Below, piece by piece: positions 22,133 through 34,629 of a DNA stretch of 64,000 bases. Under the pieces are notes generated by a model that was not told the origin of the DNA, made no database searches, and worked only from the letters and a program-made list of their open reading frames with translations. Within the stretch, counting starts at the first letter, position 1. Each line of letters opens with the position of its first letter. This DNA is from Heteronotia binoei (lineage: Eukaryota). The DNA is taken from assembly GCF_032191835.1 (NCBI RefSeq), contig NC_083226.1, positions 16,864,001-16,928,000 on the forward strand, read 5' to 3'. The position numbers and the translations under genes are program-made.

Positions 22133-22227
22133 GTGTCACTGGGACAGTGAGCCTCAATGGAGACAATGAACGAGAGATGGATTTTGACCTGTGGGCCATG
22201 AGGGATGTGGAGAGCGGAGAATTCCAG
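22133..22227 (+). CDS. NPR2-like copy 2, exon 5
   Basis: 95 nt, phase 1 to 0; GVTGTVSLNGDNEREMDFDLWAMRDVESGEFQ. Confidence 0.95.
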
Positions 22228-22482
22228 GTGTGTGTATGGTGGGGGGAGGTGTCTGCCACAATAGGTGGGGGAGAGTCCCCAAGCAGCCCCACTGGGTCTC
22301 TGAATGGGCTGGTATGCCCCAAAAAGCTACTAGAGAGACCTGAGTGGGAGTAGGGGACCTGAAGGTGGAGGGAGGTGGGACGCCAGGGCCTCCATTGGGA
22401 GGGGGTTCTGGGAAGTTGTAACAGACATGGAGGAAGGTGCCCCCTGGGTCTGTGGTCTGAATCCAGCCCCTTCTTCCCACAG

Positions 22483-22665
22483 GTGGTGGCTCATTTTGTG
22501 GGCTCAGAGAACCAGACGAACTGGCTGGGGCCCATCCACTGGAAGAAGGGGAGCCCTCCTCTCAACGACCCGCCCTGTGTCTTCGACATGGATGACCCCT
22601 CCTGTGGTAAGAGTGGGTGTGTCCAAGGGTTAGAGGGACTTCATCTCACTGTCCTGCCACGGTAG
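22483..22665 (+). CDS. NPR2-like copy 2, exon 6 (ancestral donor probably at 22612; read-through stop ends 22665, giving a 467-aa precursor)
   Basis: VVAHFVGSENQTNWLGPIHWKKGSPPLNDPPCVFDMDDPSCGK, then SGCVQGLEGLHLTVLPR and TAG. Confidence 0.88.
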   Translation: MVAHFVGSENQTNWLGPIHWKKGSPPLNDPPCVFDMDDPSCGKSGCVQGLEGLHLTVLPR

Positions 22666-25600
22666 CCGTTCCTAAACCCTTTAATCCCCTCTGCCACCCC
22701 AGTGGTGATAAGTCTGCCAGGCTGGACAGCTCAGAATAGGAATGTTCAAACGCCTGCCATTTTGCCTCACGTTCTGCTCTCTGGTTGGGAGCACAGAGTG
22801 AGTCTTCACCAAACGGTTTGGCGATTCACAAGCCGCTGACATCTTTTTATTGGGTAAGTTTGTGCATATCCATACAGTACGGTTGGCATTATTCCACATC
22901 TGTGTGTTCTCACACATCTGAATGGGAGTTCTGGTTTCCTCCTCTCGCGTAGACCCGCCGTCACTGCTCGCTGCATGGCAGCCGATCCTAAAAACAGACA
23001 GAGAGCAAATTGTTCAGCCTGATAGTAATGATGGTTTATTTCTTACCATTTGGTGCTCATTTTATTGCTGGTGATCATTGGAGGTTTTCACACATGCACG
23101 TTTTTGCTCAGCCTTATGGGATTTTAGTTGTCTCTCCATGTCATTTAATCACCTGGATGAGCCTCACTTTCCCCTGCTGCACAGAGGCAAAAGATGCTGG
23201 AAAGAGAGAAGGAAATGAAACCGAAGCCCCACAGCTTGTGCCCTTCTCTCCATCCCCACCGCTGAGTCGCTTTTGGGTGGTTTCTGATAGAGTGCTTAGC
23301 CAGTTGGACGCATTTGTCTTCAGAACAAGACACTGAGCCAATCCAGAGTAATTTACAGTGCTTTGTGATGGGCAGTCATGATGCCATCCCCAGTGTACCC
23401 TTCCATCCACACTCTGCAGCCTGAAGTGGGGGTTCCGATCAGAGAGGATGGTCCTCTCCCCCCCACCCCAAGTAGGGATGTTCTAACACTTCTCAGTTCA
23501 TCTCATGATCTGCTTGCTGATTGGAGGAGGGAACTGGTGGATTGCCAATCAGTTTGGCCATACCAGAGAATCTCAGGCCTCTGTCCCAGGTAAGTTTTTG
23601 CATATGCAAACGATATAATGCAGTCTGCAGAATTTTGCACATCCCAGTGGGAGTCCTGCCTCCACCCAAGATACTTGTTATCTCTGCTTCCTGCTCAGCA
23701 GCCAGCCATAAAAATAAACATTGAGAAAATTAATTGGTTGAACAATGATTATAAATTATTGTAGTGGTTTTGATGTTTGGTCGTGATCTCATTGAGAACT
23801 GGAGGGCATAGTGCACAGAGCTCAAACTGGCACAGGTTGTGTGGTTGTGACCTCTTGTGAAGCCGAGTGGTGTGGGCAACTCCATCGGTGACCCCAGGAG
23901 CACCATCCCAGATCCCCTTGGGGATTCATGTTCCCATCAAGTCTCCTCTCGGGGCCAGCCGTGGGCCTGCCTCAGCAGAAGTGACGCTCTCCTGCCCGGC
24001 TCCAGATGCGAGACATCCCGTGGCCTGGTTCAGCAGGGTCTGCATCGACCCACCCGGAATGGATGCTGCCCCTCCAGCAGCTTACAGGTGAGGAAGGGGC
24101 TTGGGAAACTCTTCCACACAAACAGAAGCCTTGTGCCTGCACACTGGGGGGGTGGGATTCACAAGGGGGCTGATTGGGGTCAGTATGGAAAGGGACTACC
24201 CTCTCTGGGTGGATCCTGGGCGGCTTGATGTCCTCAATGGGTCCTCCGTTATTTGTGGATCACTCCTTTTCTAGAGGGACAAGGCTGCATGACCATGACT
24301 CTCCCCTCCCCCTCCAGCCAGGCACTCAGAAGGAGAACTTCAGTGGAGACTCCAGTTCCTGCAACTAGCTCATCGGTGACCTTGTGGAGGTGAAGGATTG
24401 TGAGGAAGGACCAGGGAGAGGTGTGTGTGTGTGTAGAGCTGGTGGGCATTGTGAGGTCAAAGAGGGAGGGGCAGTTGCTAAAGACACCTGAGAGACCCCC
24501 CACTGAAAGCCCAAGGGGGATTCCTTCTCTCTCTACCACTGATGTTGTCCCTCCAGAGCTCATAAGCTCTTTCACAGCTAGAGGGAGAGGTCAGCCTTGG
24601 TGGGCACCAGGCCTGTAACCTCTCAGGGGTCTTTTTTCAGCCAACCCTGTGAATTTGACAGAGGTGGGCTTGCTCTCCAGTGGGCTAGCACATCTCCTTT
24701 CATGCTCTCAGGGGTTTTCTCAACGGCATCATCATCTTCCATTCCGTTCACGGCATCATTGGGCACCATGACAGCCTCAAGTCTTCTGACTCTTGGTGAA
24801 CAGTGGCTGGGCACTCAAGATCTCCAGTGGTGGGCTAGTCAGTTTCCAGCAGAGCAGGAAAAGTGAGTGAAACCAGGCTTTTTCCACACACCACCCCACA
24901 ATGGCAGTACCTTTCCCAATGGCAAGGCCTTCCTTCCACCCCATCCCCAGAAAAAGGAGAGCCCCCGTGACAGCACTCAGCCTTGCTATTCCTGAGCCCA
25001 TTTGAAGTGGTCCTCTGTTTGCTGCACTTTTGCAGGATCCCCTTCTGACCTTTCTCTCTTTCTCCATCCCTTGCTTTCTCCTCCTTGCCTCTCCGAAGAA
25101 GCTGCCACCTTACAGAGGCAAGAAGCGGAAGAGTAGTTTTGGGATCATCTCAAGAGTGACAGACAGCTGTGTGCAGCTCAGCCGCAAGGAGGAGGAAGGA
25201 AGAGCTCCATTGGCTTGCAAGAAGCCAAAACCTGCCTTGTTGTAGCTGCATTTTTGAGTCCCCACCTGGTTCCTCTCTTCTCATTCCCCCATGCCAGGCA
25301 TTTCACGACTGAGTGGTGGAAGCAGACCTTTGGCTCTTGTGGCATCTCCAGGAGGGGGTGTGGAACCTCCAGTGGACAAGGGGCCTCCCTCTCAGTCACT
25401 TGGCTGTGGGCTGCTTTGGGGAGCACCTTGTTCCTCACATCAGGAGGTTTCTCGGTATCGTGTGAACCTGCCCTTGCCAAAGGCCCCTTCACCCAGCAGC
25501 CCGAAAGCTGCATTTCCAGAGGCAGTGGAGGAGGGCGCATGCCCAGGGGATATGGATCTCCATGCCTGTGAGGGGAAGTCACCTCTTCTCCAGCAATAGA

Positions 25601-26099
25601 GGACTGGTGGTCAAGATGATGGAACTTACAGAGATAGCCAAACCTACGTCTTTGACGAAAGAGAAGACTTAATTTTATACCTTTATGGATTTCTTGTGTG
25701 AAGAGCAAAAAAGATGAACTGATGACTTATGGTTTTGAAGGTTAAAAGGCAAATACATTTCTGCAGAAAGGTGATAAATGTCCCTTGGTCTGATACCAGG
25801 CAAAAGGTGTAATGAGGAAATGTATGGTTTTTGGTAACTGAGATCATCGGATAGCATTCCTTCTTTTCAACTATAGTATCTGAATTACAATTTTCCCTCT
25901 TTTTTGCAGGGGTTAAAGTTGTAATGAGGAAATGTATGGTTTTTGGTAACTGAGATAATCGGATTCCTTCTTTTTAATTGTGGTATCTGAATTACAATTT
26001 CCCCTCTTTTTTGCAGGGGTTAATCTGTTTACTTTTGTTTCTTTGTTCTTCCTCCCTTATTATCTGTATTTAAAACTCTCATGAAATGTTTTTAAAAAA

Positions 26100-27295
26100 C
26101 AGCACCTGTGCTTCCCTGCAGGTTCACACAATCACAGAACTGGCAGGGGCCCTAGAGGCCATTTAGTCCAACCTCCTGCTCAATGCAGGATCAGCCTGGA
26201 GCATCCCGGACAAGTGTTAGTCCAGCTGCTGCTTCAAGACTGCCAATGAGGGGGAGCTCACCACCTCTGTTGCCGGTGAGGGGTTGCTAATTCCTCTGTT
26301 GAACAGTGCTTACTGGAGAAAAGGTTTTTCCTAATATCCAGCTGGTACCTCCCGATCCTTAGTTTTAACCCAGTGTTGTGAGTCCTCTCCTCTGCTGCCA
26401 ACAGGAACAGCTCCCTGCCCTCCTCTAAGTGACAGCCCTTCAAATGCTTCAAGAGAGCTATCATGTTCCCCCTCAGCCTCCTCTTCTCCAGACTGAACTC
26501 TAGACCTCCAGGCTCTTGGTCTCCAGACCCCCGATCATCTTCCTCGCTCTCCTCTGCACCTGCTGCATTCTGTCCACATCCTTTGTGAAGTGAGGCCTCC
26601 AGAACTGCACACAACAGGGCTTTTTTTGAGCAGGAACACACAGGAACGCAGATCTGGCTGGCTTGGCATCAGGCGGAGTGGCCTGATATGCAAGTGAGCT
26701 GATAGGCCTTCAGTATAAAGAGCCCTGTGCGAAACAATGGTGATGTCACTGGGTGTGGCCTGATATGCAAATGAGTCCCTGCTGGACTTTTTCTGCAAAA
26801 AAAAGCCCTGGCACACGATACTCCAGGTGCACCTGACCAATGCTGTGTACAGTGGGACTATGATGTCTTGTAATTTGGATGTTCTGCCTGTGTTGATACA
26901 CCACAAGATGGCATTAGCCTTTTTTCTCACTCTATCACACTGGCTGCTCATCTTTAACTTCCTGTCCACCCAAGATCTTCTTCACACACACCACTACCCA
27001 GGGGCCGTTTTGTAGGGAAAAAAGCGGTGGAGCTCATCCAGGGCTTGTTATGCAGCTGCACCTACTATTCAGTGGACAAGGTGGGAAGGAGGAGGTGGAG
27101 TTGCCAGAAAGGTCCAGGAGCTGTGCTCCTGCGAGCTCCCGCTGAATCCGAGGTCTGCCACTGCCCATCCAGTGTGCGTGTTGCTCATTTTTGTTACCCG
27201 CATGTAAAACTCAGCGCTTATCCTTGTTGAGCTGCATCTTATTCACATCTGCCCACTTTTCCAGTGTGTTCAGATCTCGCTGAATTCTATCTCGG
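26100..27295 (-). mobile_element. CR1 fragments with nested hAT MITEs (about 26615-26810 and 27000-27155)
   Basis: Reverse-strand KLKMSSQCD..KKANAILWCI and FSLEKRRLRGNMI; cagggcttttt...aaaaaagccctg TIRs. Confidence 0.75.
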
Positions 27296-28730
27296 TTTTT
27301 GCCAAATCTTGTAAAACCTGCAAATGGCTCTTCGATGGGAAAGTAATAGAACAGGTTAGGCATTTCAAATGCCTAGGTCTCCACTGTAGCTGCGACATGG
27401 CTTGGTCATGTCATCGCAAATCTATCATTAACTTAGCAGCCTTTAGTGCATCAGCCATTTCTCTGTTTTGCTTTAATAGAGGCAACCAGTTTGTCTCAGC
27501 AGCTTTGAAAATCTGTAAGGCAGAAGTGATCCCACAGTTACTGTGTGGTATTGCAAGATGGATTAGTGCAGGGGTGTCGAACTCAAGAGAGCCGGATCTG
27601 CCATAAATGAGATCTTGTCGGGCTGAGCCCTGTGTGCCTATTTAAGATTTGGTAGCAGAGATATAAACTTTTTAAAGGACACAGACAAACACAACTCAAG
27701 ATGTTTTTTTAAAAAACAACAACCTTAAAACATGCTTAAAACATTAACACTTGTTGATCTTAGAGGTGCTTTCTTTGTATTTCTCCCCGGGGATCCAGGG
27801 AACTGGGCAAAGGAAGCTCTGGCTCTTTCCCTCCCTCCCCAGGGGACCTGGAGGGGGAGGAGCCTCAACCAATGGAGAAAATTGAGATTTTGCTCTGTAA
27901 CTCCTGTGTGGTTGAGCAAGCCTGGCAAAGCAAGCTGAGATGCAGAAGGAAGCCAGAGAGAGGGAGAAGGAAGCAGATAAGAGCCAGTTGCTTGGGGGCC
28001 TGATTCAGCCCCCAGGCCACATGTTTGACACTCCTGGATTAGTGCCTTTCAAGAGTTCAATCCAAATTTATAAAGAAAATCATGAATTTACCACATTGTG
28101 TCCCATATGCCACTTTTTGTCTAGAACAGTCCTCAACATGTTAGAAACTAGGATGGCTTATATCTATCAAATATTGGCTATGTGTGCACTATTCCGCTGA
28201 CTGTGGGAGCTATTTATACCAGATGCTGTCTGAATCCTCATCGTCCAAATGGATTGCCTGCATGGAGAAGAAGATACCCACCTTAGGTTTGTCTGTGGAT
28301 TCTCTCTACCTGCTCCCTCTTACAAATGCATATTATCTAATTAAACATAGAATTTTAGATATTGAATTGCAAAAACGAATCAGTGCTGCAAATACGTCTT
28401 GCTCCCCTTTGAATTTTGGAATTTCCCCCATTATTGGTCATCTGCCTTCTTATCTACCAGCTCTTCACGTTCCACAATTGCACAGAGCATCAGCAGTTAC
28501 CTATGGGAGGTATAAAAAAAAATCCCACTTTGTACATGCAACTTAAAATAAGTTGATTCATTGTCCCATATTCTTCTTTACTGCTCCCAATATGAGACTA
28601 GATGCCTTCAGTTTCTAGACCCAGTTCTGCTCAATATGGCAAGTTGCTCAGATGCGGCAAAGGTGTGCCGTCTTCTGAATGGTTTGTCATCTGAAATAAC
28701 TAAAAGGTTGCTTTATTCTTGAGTCTGGTA
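27295..28730 (+). mobile_element. Degraded RTE-X-like LINE ORF2 3' region, interrupted by a hAT MITE (27568-28036; related copy about 55088-55611)
   Basis: VIEQVRHFKCLGL...RGNQFVSAALKICKAEVIPQLLCG and GRYKK..SHILLYCSQY motifs. Confidence 0.55.
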
Positions 28731-28844
28731 ATCAAGGATCAATTGTCCAATCTGTAGCTGTATATGACTGGTTTATTCTGTTACTTCTGTATTTCTTTCT
28801 TGCCTTATTGATAATCTGATATATGCCAATAAAGGCTGACGTGT

Positions 28845-29627
28845 GGGTGAATTCTCTCTCCTGGTGCGTTTGCTGCTCCTCCCAGTTTGGTGTCATCTGC
28901 AGATTTAATGAGTAGCCCCTCCACACCTTCATCCGGATCATTTACAAAAGTATTGAAAAGTCCCAGGCCCAGAACCGAGCCGCTGTTCACTCTCCTCCAT
29001 TCAGATGAGAGGCTGTTGACAACCCGTTCCCTGTCCACCTAACTCTCTGAGATTCCAGTCCTCTGCCCATCAGAACATCTTGGGGAACCCTGTCAAAAGC
29101 TTTACTGAAATCCGGGCAATTCTTCCTCCTCAGCAGACAAGAGAGAGGCATGTGGATGAAACGGCTGGCAGAAGACTATCAATGACACCGTGGAAAAGCA
29201 GGATAAAGCTAGATGGATGATTAACACACGATAAAAGGCACAAGGCTTTTATCTCATCGCGTATTCATCATGCGCTCAGCTTTATCATTATCTTGCAAAA
29301 GGCTTTTAAGTACCCGGTTTGTTGGATTCCTGTCAGTTCCACCCCTGACTCCCTGGGCCTCCCTTTCGCCCGCTGTCCCCCCCCCCCCAGGTGATCCCGA
29401 ATCCAGGTCAGGGGGCCTGTCCTAAAGGTGCTCTTGAGTCCACCTCGGCTGCCCAGAGGCCGAAACCCCCCGCCAGCCACCCTCCCTGTTTCACCAGCCG
29501 GTTCCTCAGAGGGGGGCCCGGGGGAGGGAGGCCGTGGGGGCAGCCCTTCTGGGGCTCGGAGTCTTTGGCCCTGCCTGTAAGATCCCCCAGCGCTGGTCTG
29601 CGCTGCTGCTGCTGCTGACTGTCCAGG
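28845..29627 (+). repeat. Older, more diverged part of the segmental duplication (paralogue about 6900-7930)
   Basis: Shared CR1 relic and downstream unique sequence; about 80% identity by eye, rising to about 95% over the first ~170 bp of the final ~220-bp block. Confidence 0.85.
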
Positions 29628-32051
29628 GGTCAAGAATAACTGGAGAGAGGTCACAGCGGAACAATGTAAAGAAACAACCAACAGGTTATAGTGACCAATT
29701 AACTGTGTTGTAACAATACCAATAACTGTGAAACGTTAACATACAACAAGGATCAAAATTCTTATGAGACGGAGTCCCGACGTGAAGGAAGTCGGCTTGA
29801 CCAGTCCTGCTTCGGTTCTTCTTCTAGCATAGCTGCAAGGAAAATTCTAACCAGGCACTTGAGCATTTTTTGAGCGTAGCACCCAGTTAGAATTTAGTTG
29901 GAGACTTTCTGGTCCCTTTGGGATTTTGTGGACATTTTCCTGCAGTTTTGGGAACACGAGTAAAGAATTGGATGTAATTGACTTTGAACTTTTACGTGTT
30001 TACTAACAAGTTTTCTGTGGAGCCCCCTATGCTAGAAGAAGAATCGAAGCCGCACTGGTCAAGCCAATTTCCTGTACTTCGGGACTCCGTCTCATAAGAA
30101 TTTTGATCATTGTTGTATGTTAATGTTTCACAGTTATTTGTATTCTTTTTTTTTAAAAGGTAGTCCCCTGTGCAAGCACCAGTCGTTTCTGACTTGGGAG
30201 TGATGTTGCTTTCACAGCATTTTCACGGCAGACTTTTTACGGGGTGGTAGATCACCTGCCTCCCATGTTTCGGTTTTGCCCCCACTCAAAAAAATGTCCA
30301 TCTGGCCCAGATTCATTGTATTTCTGACTCCTCAAAAAGTAAAAGGGGGTTGCTCTTCTCTGGGAATAGGATTGCCCTATTCTGTGTAAAGAGCTCTGCA
30401 AATATCAATATCTGTATACTTCTTCTTGTTGGGGGTGTTTTAAAATGACCACATGTGTTGTGTGGATGTGTGAAGCCTGCCCAAATAAATGCTTCTCCTG
30501 TTGCACCAAGATATTTCTAGAGCCTCAGGACTCTCTTTATTTCCTGCACGGATGTCTCTCCAGAGGCCAAGGCATCCTCTCTATGTCCGTCCCCCCCCCC
30601 CAGCTGGCAAGGCACAAGTCTAGCAGCTGCCCCCACTTCAAGCCAGACCGCTCTGTGGCAGAAGCAGAGGACGCTCACTAGACTCTGCGCTCTCTCAGAG
30701 GCCCAGAGCTGCAGAGTCCGACTCCACTCGCCAACGGCTGAAGCCCTAAAAGCCCTTTGCTGTGCAGAGCGGCCTTCCTTCAGGAGAGGCATGGAGGTCT
30801 CCCGGAATGGCAGGACCCCCAGCTCAGGCCCCCTGGAAGAAACCTTTACATGCAACCCCCACCGCTCTCAAAACGTCCCTCCCTCTTTATGTGCCATTCA
30901 TGTATTTCAAGTATTGCACAATTATCGCATGCACGAGTCCACGTATTCTCAGAACCATGTGTGCAGTCCTGGGTGCAATCGTTGTGTTTGTGGTTTATGT
31001 CACGGCAATGAGCAAAGGATAGTCCTTGCGCAGCTTGGTGGTTGTCTTGGGCACATAGCAACAGAGATAAGACTATGGACAACTTTATAGACTGAGTTTT
31101 GTATCAAGATATTTTTTGTACAGTCGAGATAAGTTCATACTATGAAGACATGAATGGTACATGAACAGGGAGAAACATTTTGAGAGCAGTGGGGTCGCAG
31201 GTAATCATTACTTTGTATCCCACCATGGCTCCAGGCTTGAAATTTTCCAGTCCCCTGGAGGAAACGGCCGCTTTAGAAGGGGGAGGGGGGCTGCAGGGCA
31301 CCAGAGCCCCCCCGAGTCCCCTCCCCTCCCCAACTCCCACCCTCAAGTCTCCAGGAATTTCCCAACCCAGAGTTGGCAACCCAAGTCCAGCACTGCAGCC
31401 GCTCAGCCCAGGGAGATGTGTGGACACTGGGCTCTCTGGCTGTCTGCTGTGAGGCCTCGGAGAAGGTTCCTGATGCAAGACTGGGGGAACTGGGAGGAAA
31501 GTGCAGCGTTGCCGGAGGGGTGCAGACCTTGCGAGTGGGATTTCCCTGCCTGGTTGCTTCTCTGCAGGGCAGGCAGAAGACAGGAAGGAGGAGGGGGAGG
31601 AGGAGTCTGGTCCAAAGGCCTCCCTTTGTGGCTCTTTCTGGCTGCGGAAGGGAGTCAGGGACGCTGCCAGGGGGGTTTTGAACAAGGTCTATACCTGGAC
31701 AGGTCACAAGGGGTTCCTCTGACATAAAACATTCTCTCAGATCTGAGGCAAAAGCATGGATTTAGCAAGGCTTTTGTCGGCCAGCTGGTGGCGCTGTTTC
31801 CCCGTTGCTGGGGTCACCAGCGGCATCATTCCGTTCTAGCACATAGGACCAGTGGATCCTTCCTAGCCTTTTTGGTGTGGTGGCCCACGAGTCCAGATTT
31901 CCCTGGTATGTTGACCCACTGAAAAGAGCAGAGCATGCAGCAAATCCACGAAAGCTGTAGAAGCCCCAAGGCCCACTTTCACAGGCTTCACGGCCCACTT
32001 TGGGACTGGGAGACACATTTGAGAGGGGCTGAGTCAGGAGCCAGGCTGTGA

Positions 32052-32245
32052 CCAGTGTCCCCTCTAAGCTGAGTTAGTGTGAGCTAGCTCACAATTTTTT
32101 AGCCTCCAGCTCACACATTTTTGTCTCAGCTCAGGAAACATGGCCCCAGAGCAGACTAGTTTATGCAGGAGCTCACCTTTAATGCCAGTAGCTCACTAAA
32201 TAGAATTTTTGCTCACAAGACTCCACAGCTTAGAGAGAGCACTGA
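32052..32245. mobile_element. MITE family with cagtgttccctctaagct TIRs; copies at 32780-32985, 33575-33768, 43618-43808, 59860-60020 and 62598-62770
   Basis: Shared body and agcttagagggaaca right ends. Confidence 0.8.
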
Positions 32246-33131
32246 TTGGGGGTATATAAACTTTCGAATGTCAAATCTCCTTCTGCCAGAGACAAATCCC
32301 TTCACAACTTACACAGAGTGACATTGACCAATACAAACACACATACAAAATGAATAGTCAGTTTCTTGACAATTTGATACGGAGTTCTCTTTAACACTCG
32401 GATGGCGCATGAGGAAACAGGCTGTTGCTGACCTGGCCAAATGCTGTTGTTTTGTTGTTGCTGTTTTTTCTTAGCCCCGTAGCACCTTCCAGGCCAGGGG
32501 TGGCCACCTGTGGCTCTTTCACACACATTGTGTGGCTCTTGAAGCTCCCACCACCCTGTTGGCCAGCCTGGAGAAGGCATTTCTCTCTTTAAAGAAAGCC
32601 ACTTTGCCAGTGGCTTGGAGAATGCAATTAAAGTTGCTTTCTTTCTGCCTCTCCTTCCCTTCTCCCTATCTATTTGCCTTCGTTCCTTCCTGCTCTCAAA
32701 CATTTGACATTTATTCTGTGTGACTCTTAAGTTAAGCAAGTTTGGCCACCCCAGTTGGAGGCCAACAAAACGTTGGGGGCAGTGCTCCCTCTAAGCTGAG
32801 TTAGTGTGAGCCAGGCTCACAGTTTTTTAGGCTCCCGCTCACATTTTGTCTTAGCTCAGGAAGGATGACCCCAGACCACAATAATTTATGCAGTAGTCAA
32901 GTTGCTTGCTCACAGCTTTAATGCCACTAGCTCACAAAATAGATTTTTCCCCCCTCACAAGACTTCACAGCTTAGAGGGAGCACTGATTGGGGGTATATA
33001 AACTTTCGAGTGTCAAATCTCCTTCTGCCAGAGACCTTGCAGCTCTTCTGAAAGAATGCAATCCAAGCACATCTATGTTTGCCTGAATGCAAAAGTTAAG
33101 TGTTTTTATAAGGTCCTAATTACACTGGTAA

Positions 33132-33427
33132 GAGCCCCGTGGCGCAGAGTGTTAAAGCTACAGTACTGCAGTCCTAAGCTCTGCTCATGACCTGAGTTCA
33201 ATCCTTGGTGGAAGCTGGGTTTTCAGGTAGCCAGCTCGAGGTTGACTCAGCCTTCCATCCTTCCGAGGTAGGTAAAAGGAGTACCCAGCTTGCTGGGGGG
33301 AAAGTGTAGATGACTGGGGAAGGCAATGGCAAACCACCCCGTAAAAAGTCTGCTGTGAAAACGTTGTGAAAGCAATGTCACCCCAGAGTTGGAAACGACT
33401 GGTGCTTGCACAGGGGACCTTTCCTTT
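33132..33427 (+). mobile_element. Sauria SINE, full length; other copies at 41387-41683 and 44161-44440, partial at about 30160-30250(-)
   Basis: gagccccgtggcgcagagtg head, BovB-like tail, 15-bp TSD cctaattacactggt. Confidence 0.92.
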
Positions 33428-34072
33428 CCTAATTACACTGGTGCCATTTTCCTTCGGTTAGTTTTTCACATGGCCTGCATTTTCACCACTGTTCCACTAG
33501 AGGGCTTTACAAAGGTGTTCCCAAATTTGATATACCGATTTCTTTAAAGGTCTTTACCCAGATGACTTGGTCGCAGTGTTCCCTCTAAGCTGAGTCAATG
33601 TGAGCTAGCTCATAGATTTTTACCCTCCAGCTCACACATTTTTGTCTTAGCTCAGGAAGGATGACCCCAGAGCACACTATAATTCATGCAGTAGCTCACC
33701 ACTGTAATGCCAGTAGCTCACAAAGCAGAATTCTTGCTCACAAGACACTGCAGCTTAGAGGGAACATAGCTTGGCTGGTGTAGGGATATGCAATCAGATG
33801 GACTGAATAAAGCGGTCCTGGGAGAAATTCTGTGTAGGTGTGCATGCTTGAAGTCTAAAAGAATTTCTCTGGCCTTTATTTCACTGGAAAAGTTCAAGTT
33901 ACTACTCCCTTCCCTAGATCACATGGATTGCCTCTAGCCAGAATACAGGAGCACAAAGTACAGCTGGTGTTAGCTGGTTGCTGCCTTAGAAAGTGTGGGA
34001 TCTGAGTATCTGCAGCCCTCATGCACTGGGGCAGACAGAGGGTTGCCATCTCCAAGTTGGGAAGTTCCTAGA

Positions 34073-34343
34073 GCAGGGGTGGCCAAACTGCGGCTCTTTC
34101 ACACCCATTGTGTGGCTCTTGAAGCGCTCCTCCCCCCAATCAGCCAGCTTGGAGCAGCAGCCATTTGTCACTTTAAATGACTTCTCCAAGCCAAGCCAGC
34201 TGGTGGCTTGGAAAATGCATTCAAAGTTGCTTCCTTTCCACCTCTCCCTTCCCATCTAGTTGCCTTCCTGTCTTGCGGCTCTCAAAACATCTGACATTCG
34301 TTCTGGTGGTGGCTGTTAACGTTAAGCAAGTTTGGCCACCCCT
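34073..34343. mobile_element. hAT MITE family caggggtggccaaact; copies at about 32495-32752, 37010-37422, 42475-42672 and 51625-51908
   Basis: TIRs caggggtggccaaact / agtttggccacccctg. Confidence 0.75.
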
Positions 34344-34629
34344 GGTCTAGCCCTACATGAGGGGACCAGCCGGCCTAGACGACCCTGTCAGAGTCTTTTC
34401 CTGCCTTTCCAAAACAAAAAAAACAGCGCACACAGCAGAAAAGCAACTCGTTTAGAAAGACCAAGGATTGTGTATCAGTATCATTATTTGTATCGACATA
34501 CTCAAAATAGGGATATTGGCTGTATATCTCATTACATGCAGCAGAAAAGCAACTCGTTTCGTTCAGAAAGAGGGCCTAACGCCAGGCTTCTGCCTGCGGA
34601 GCTGGATTCCAATTCGCACGGCGTTTGAA

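Larger units (their letters stand above)
20329..26000 (+). repeat. Segmental duplication of positions 1 to about 5700 (about 95% identical)
   Basis: Colinear match at an offset of about 20.3 kb, visible in paired ORF translations. Confidence 0.97.

Noticed and set aside
23030-23130. Hydrophobic LVLILLLVIIGGF stretch as the missing TM exon (also 2710-2800)
   Set aside because: In-frame TAA TGA lies just upstream with no AG acceptor in between, and the nearest upstream acceptor differs in frame between the copies.
30955-31022. MCAVLGAIVVFVVYVTAM as a TM exon
   Set aside because: It sits inside an inverted-repeat element, ends in a stop, and has no counterpart after copy 1.
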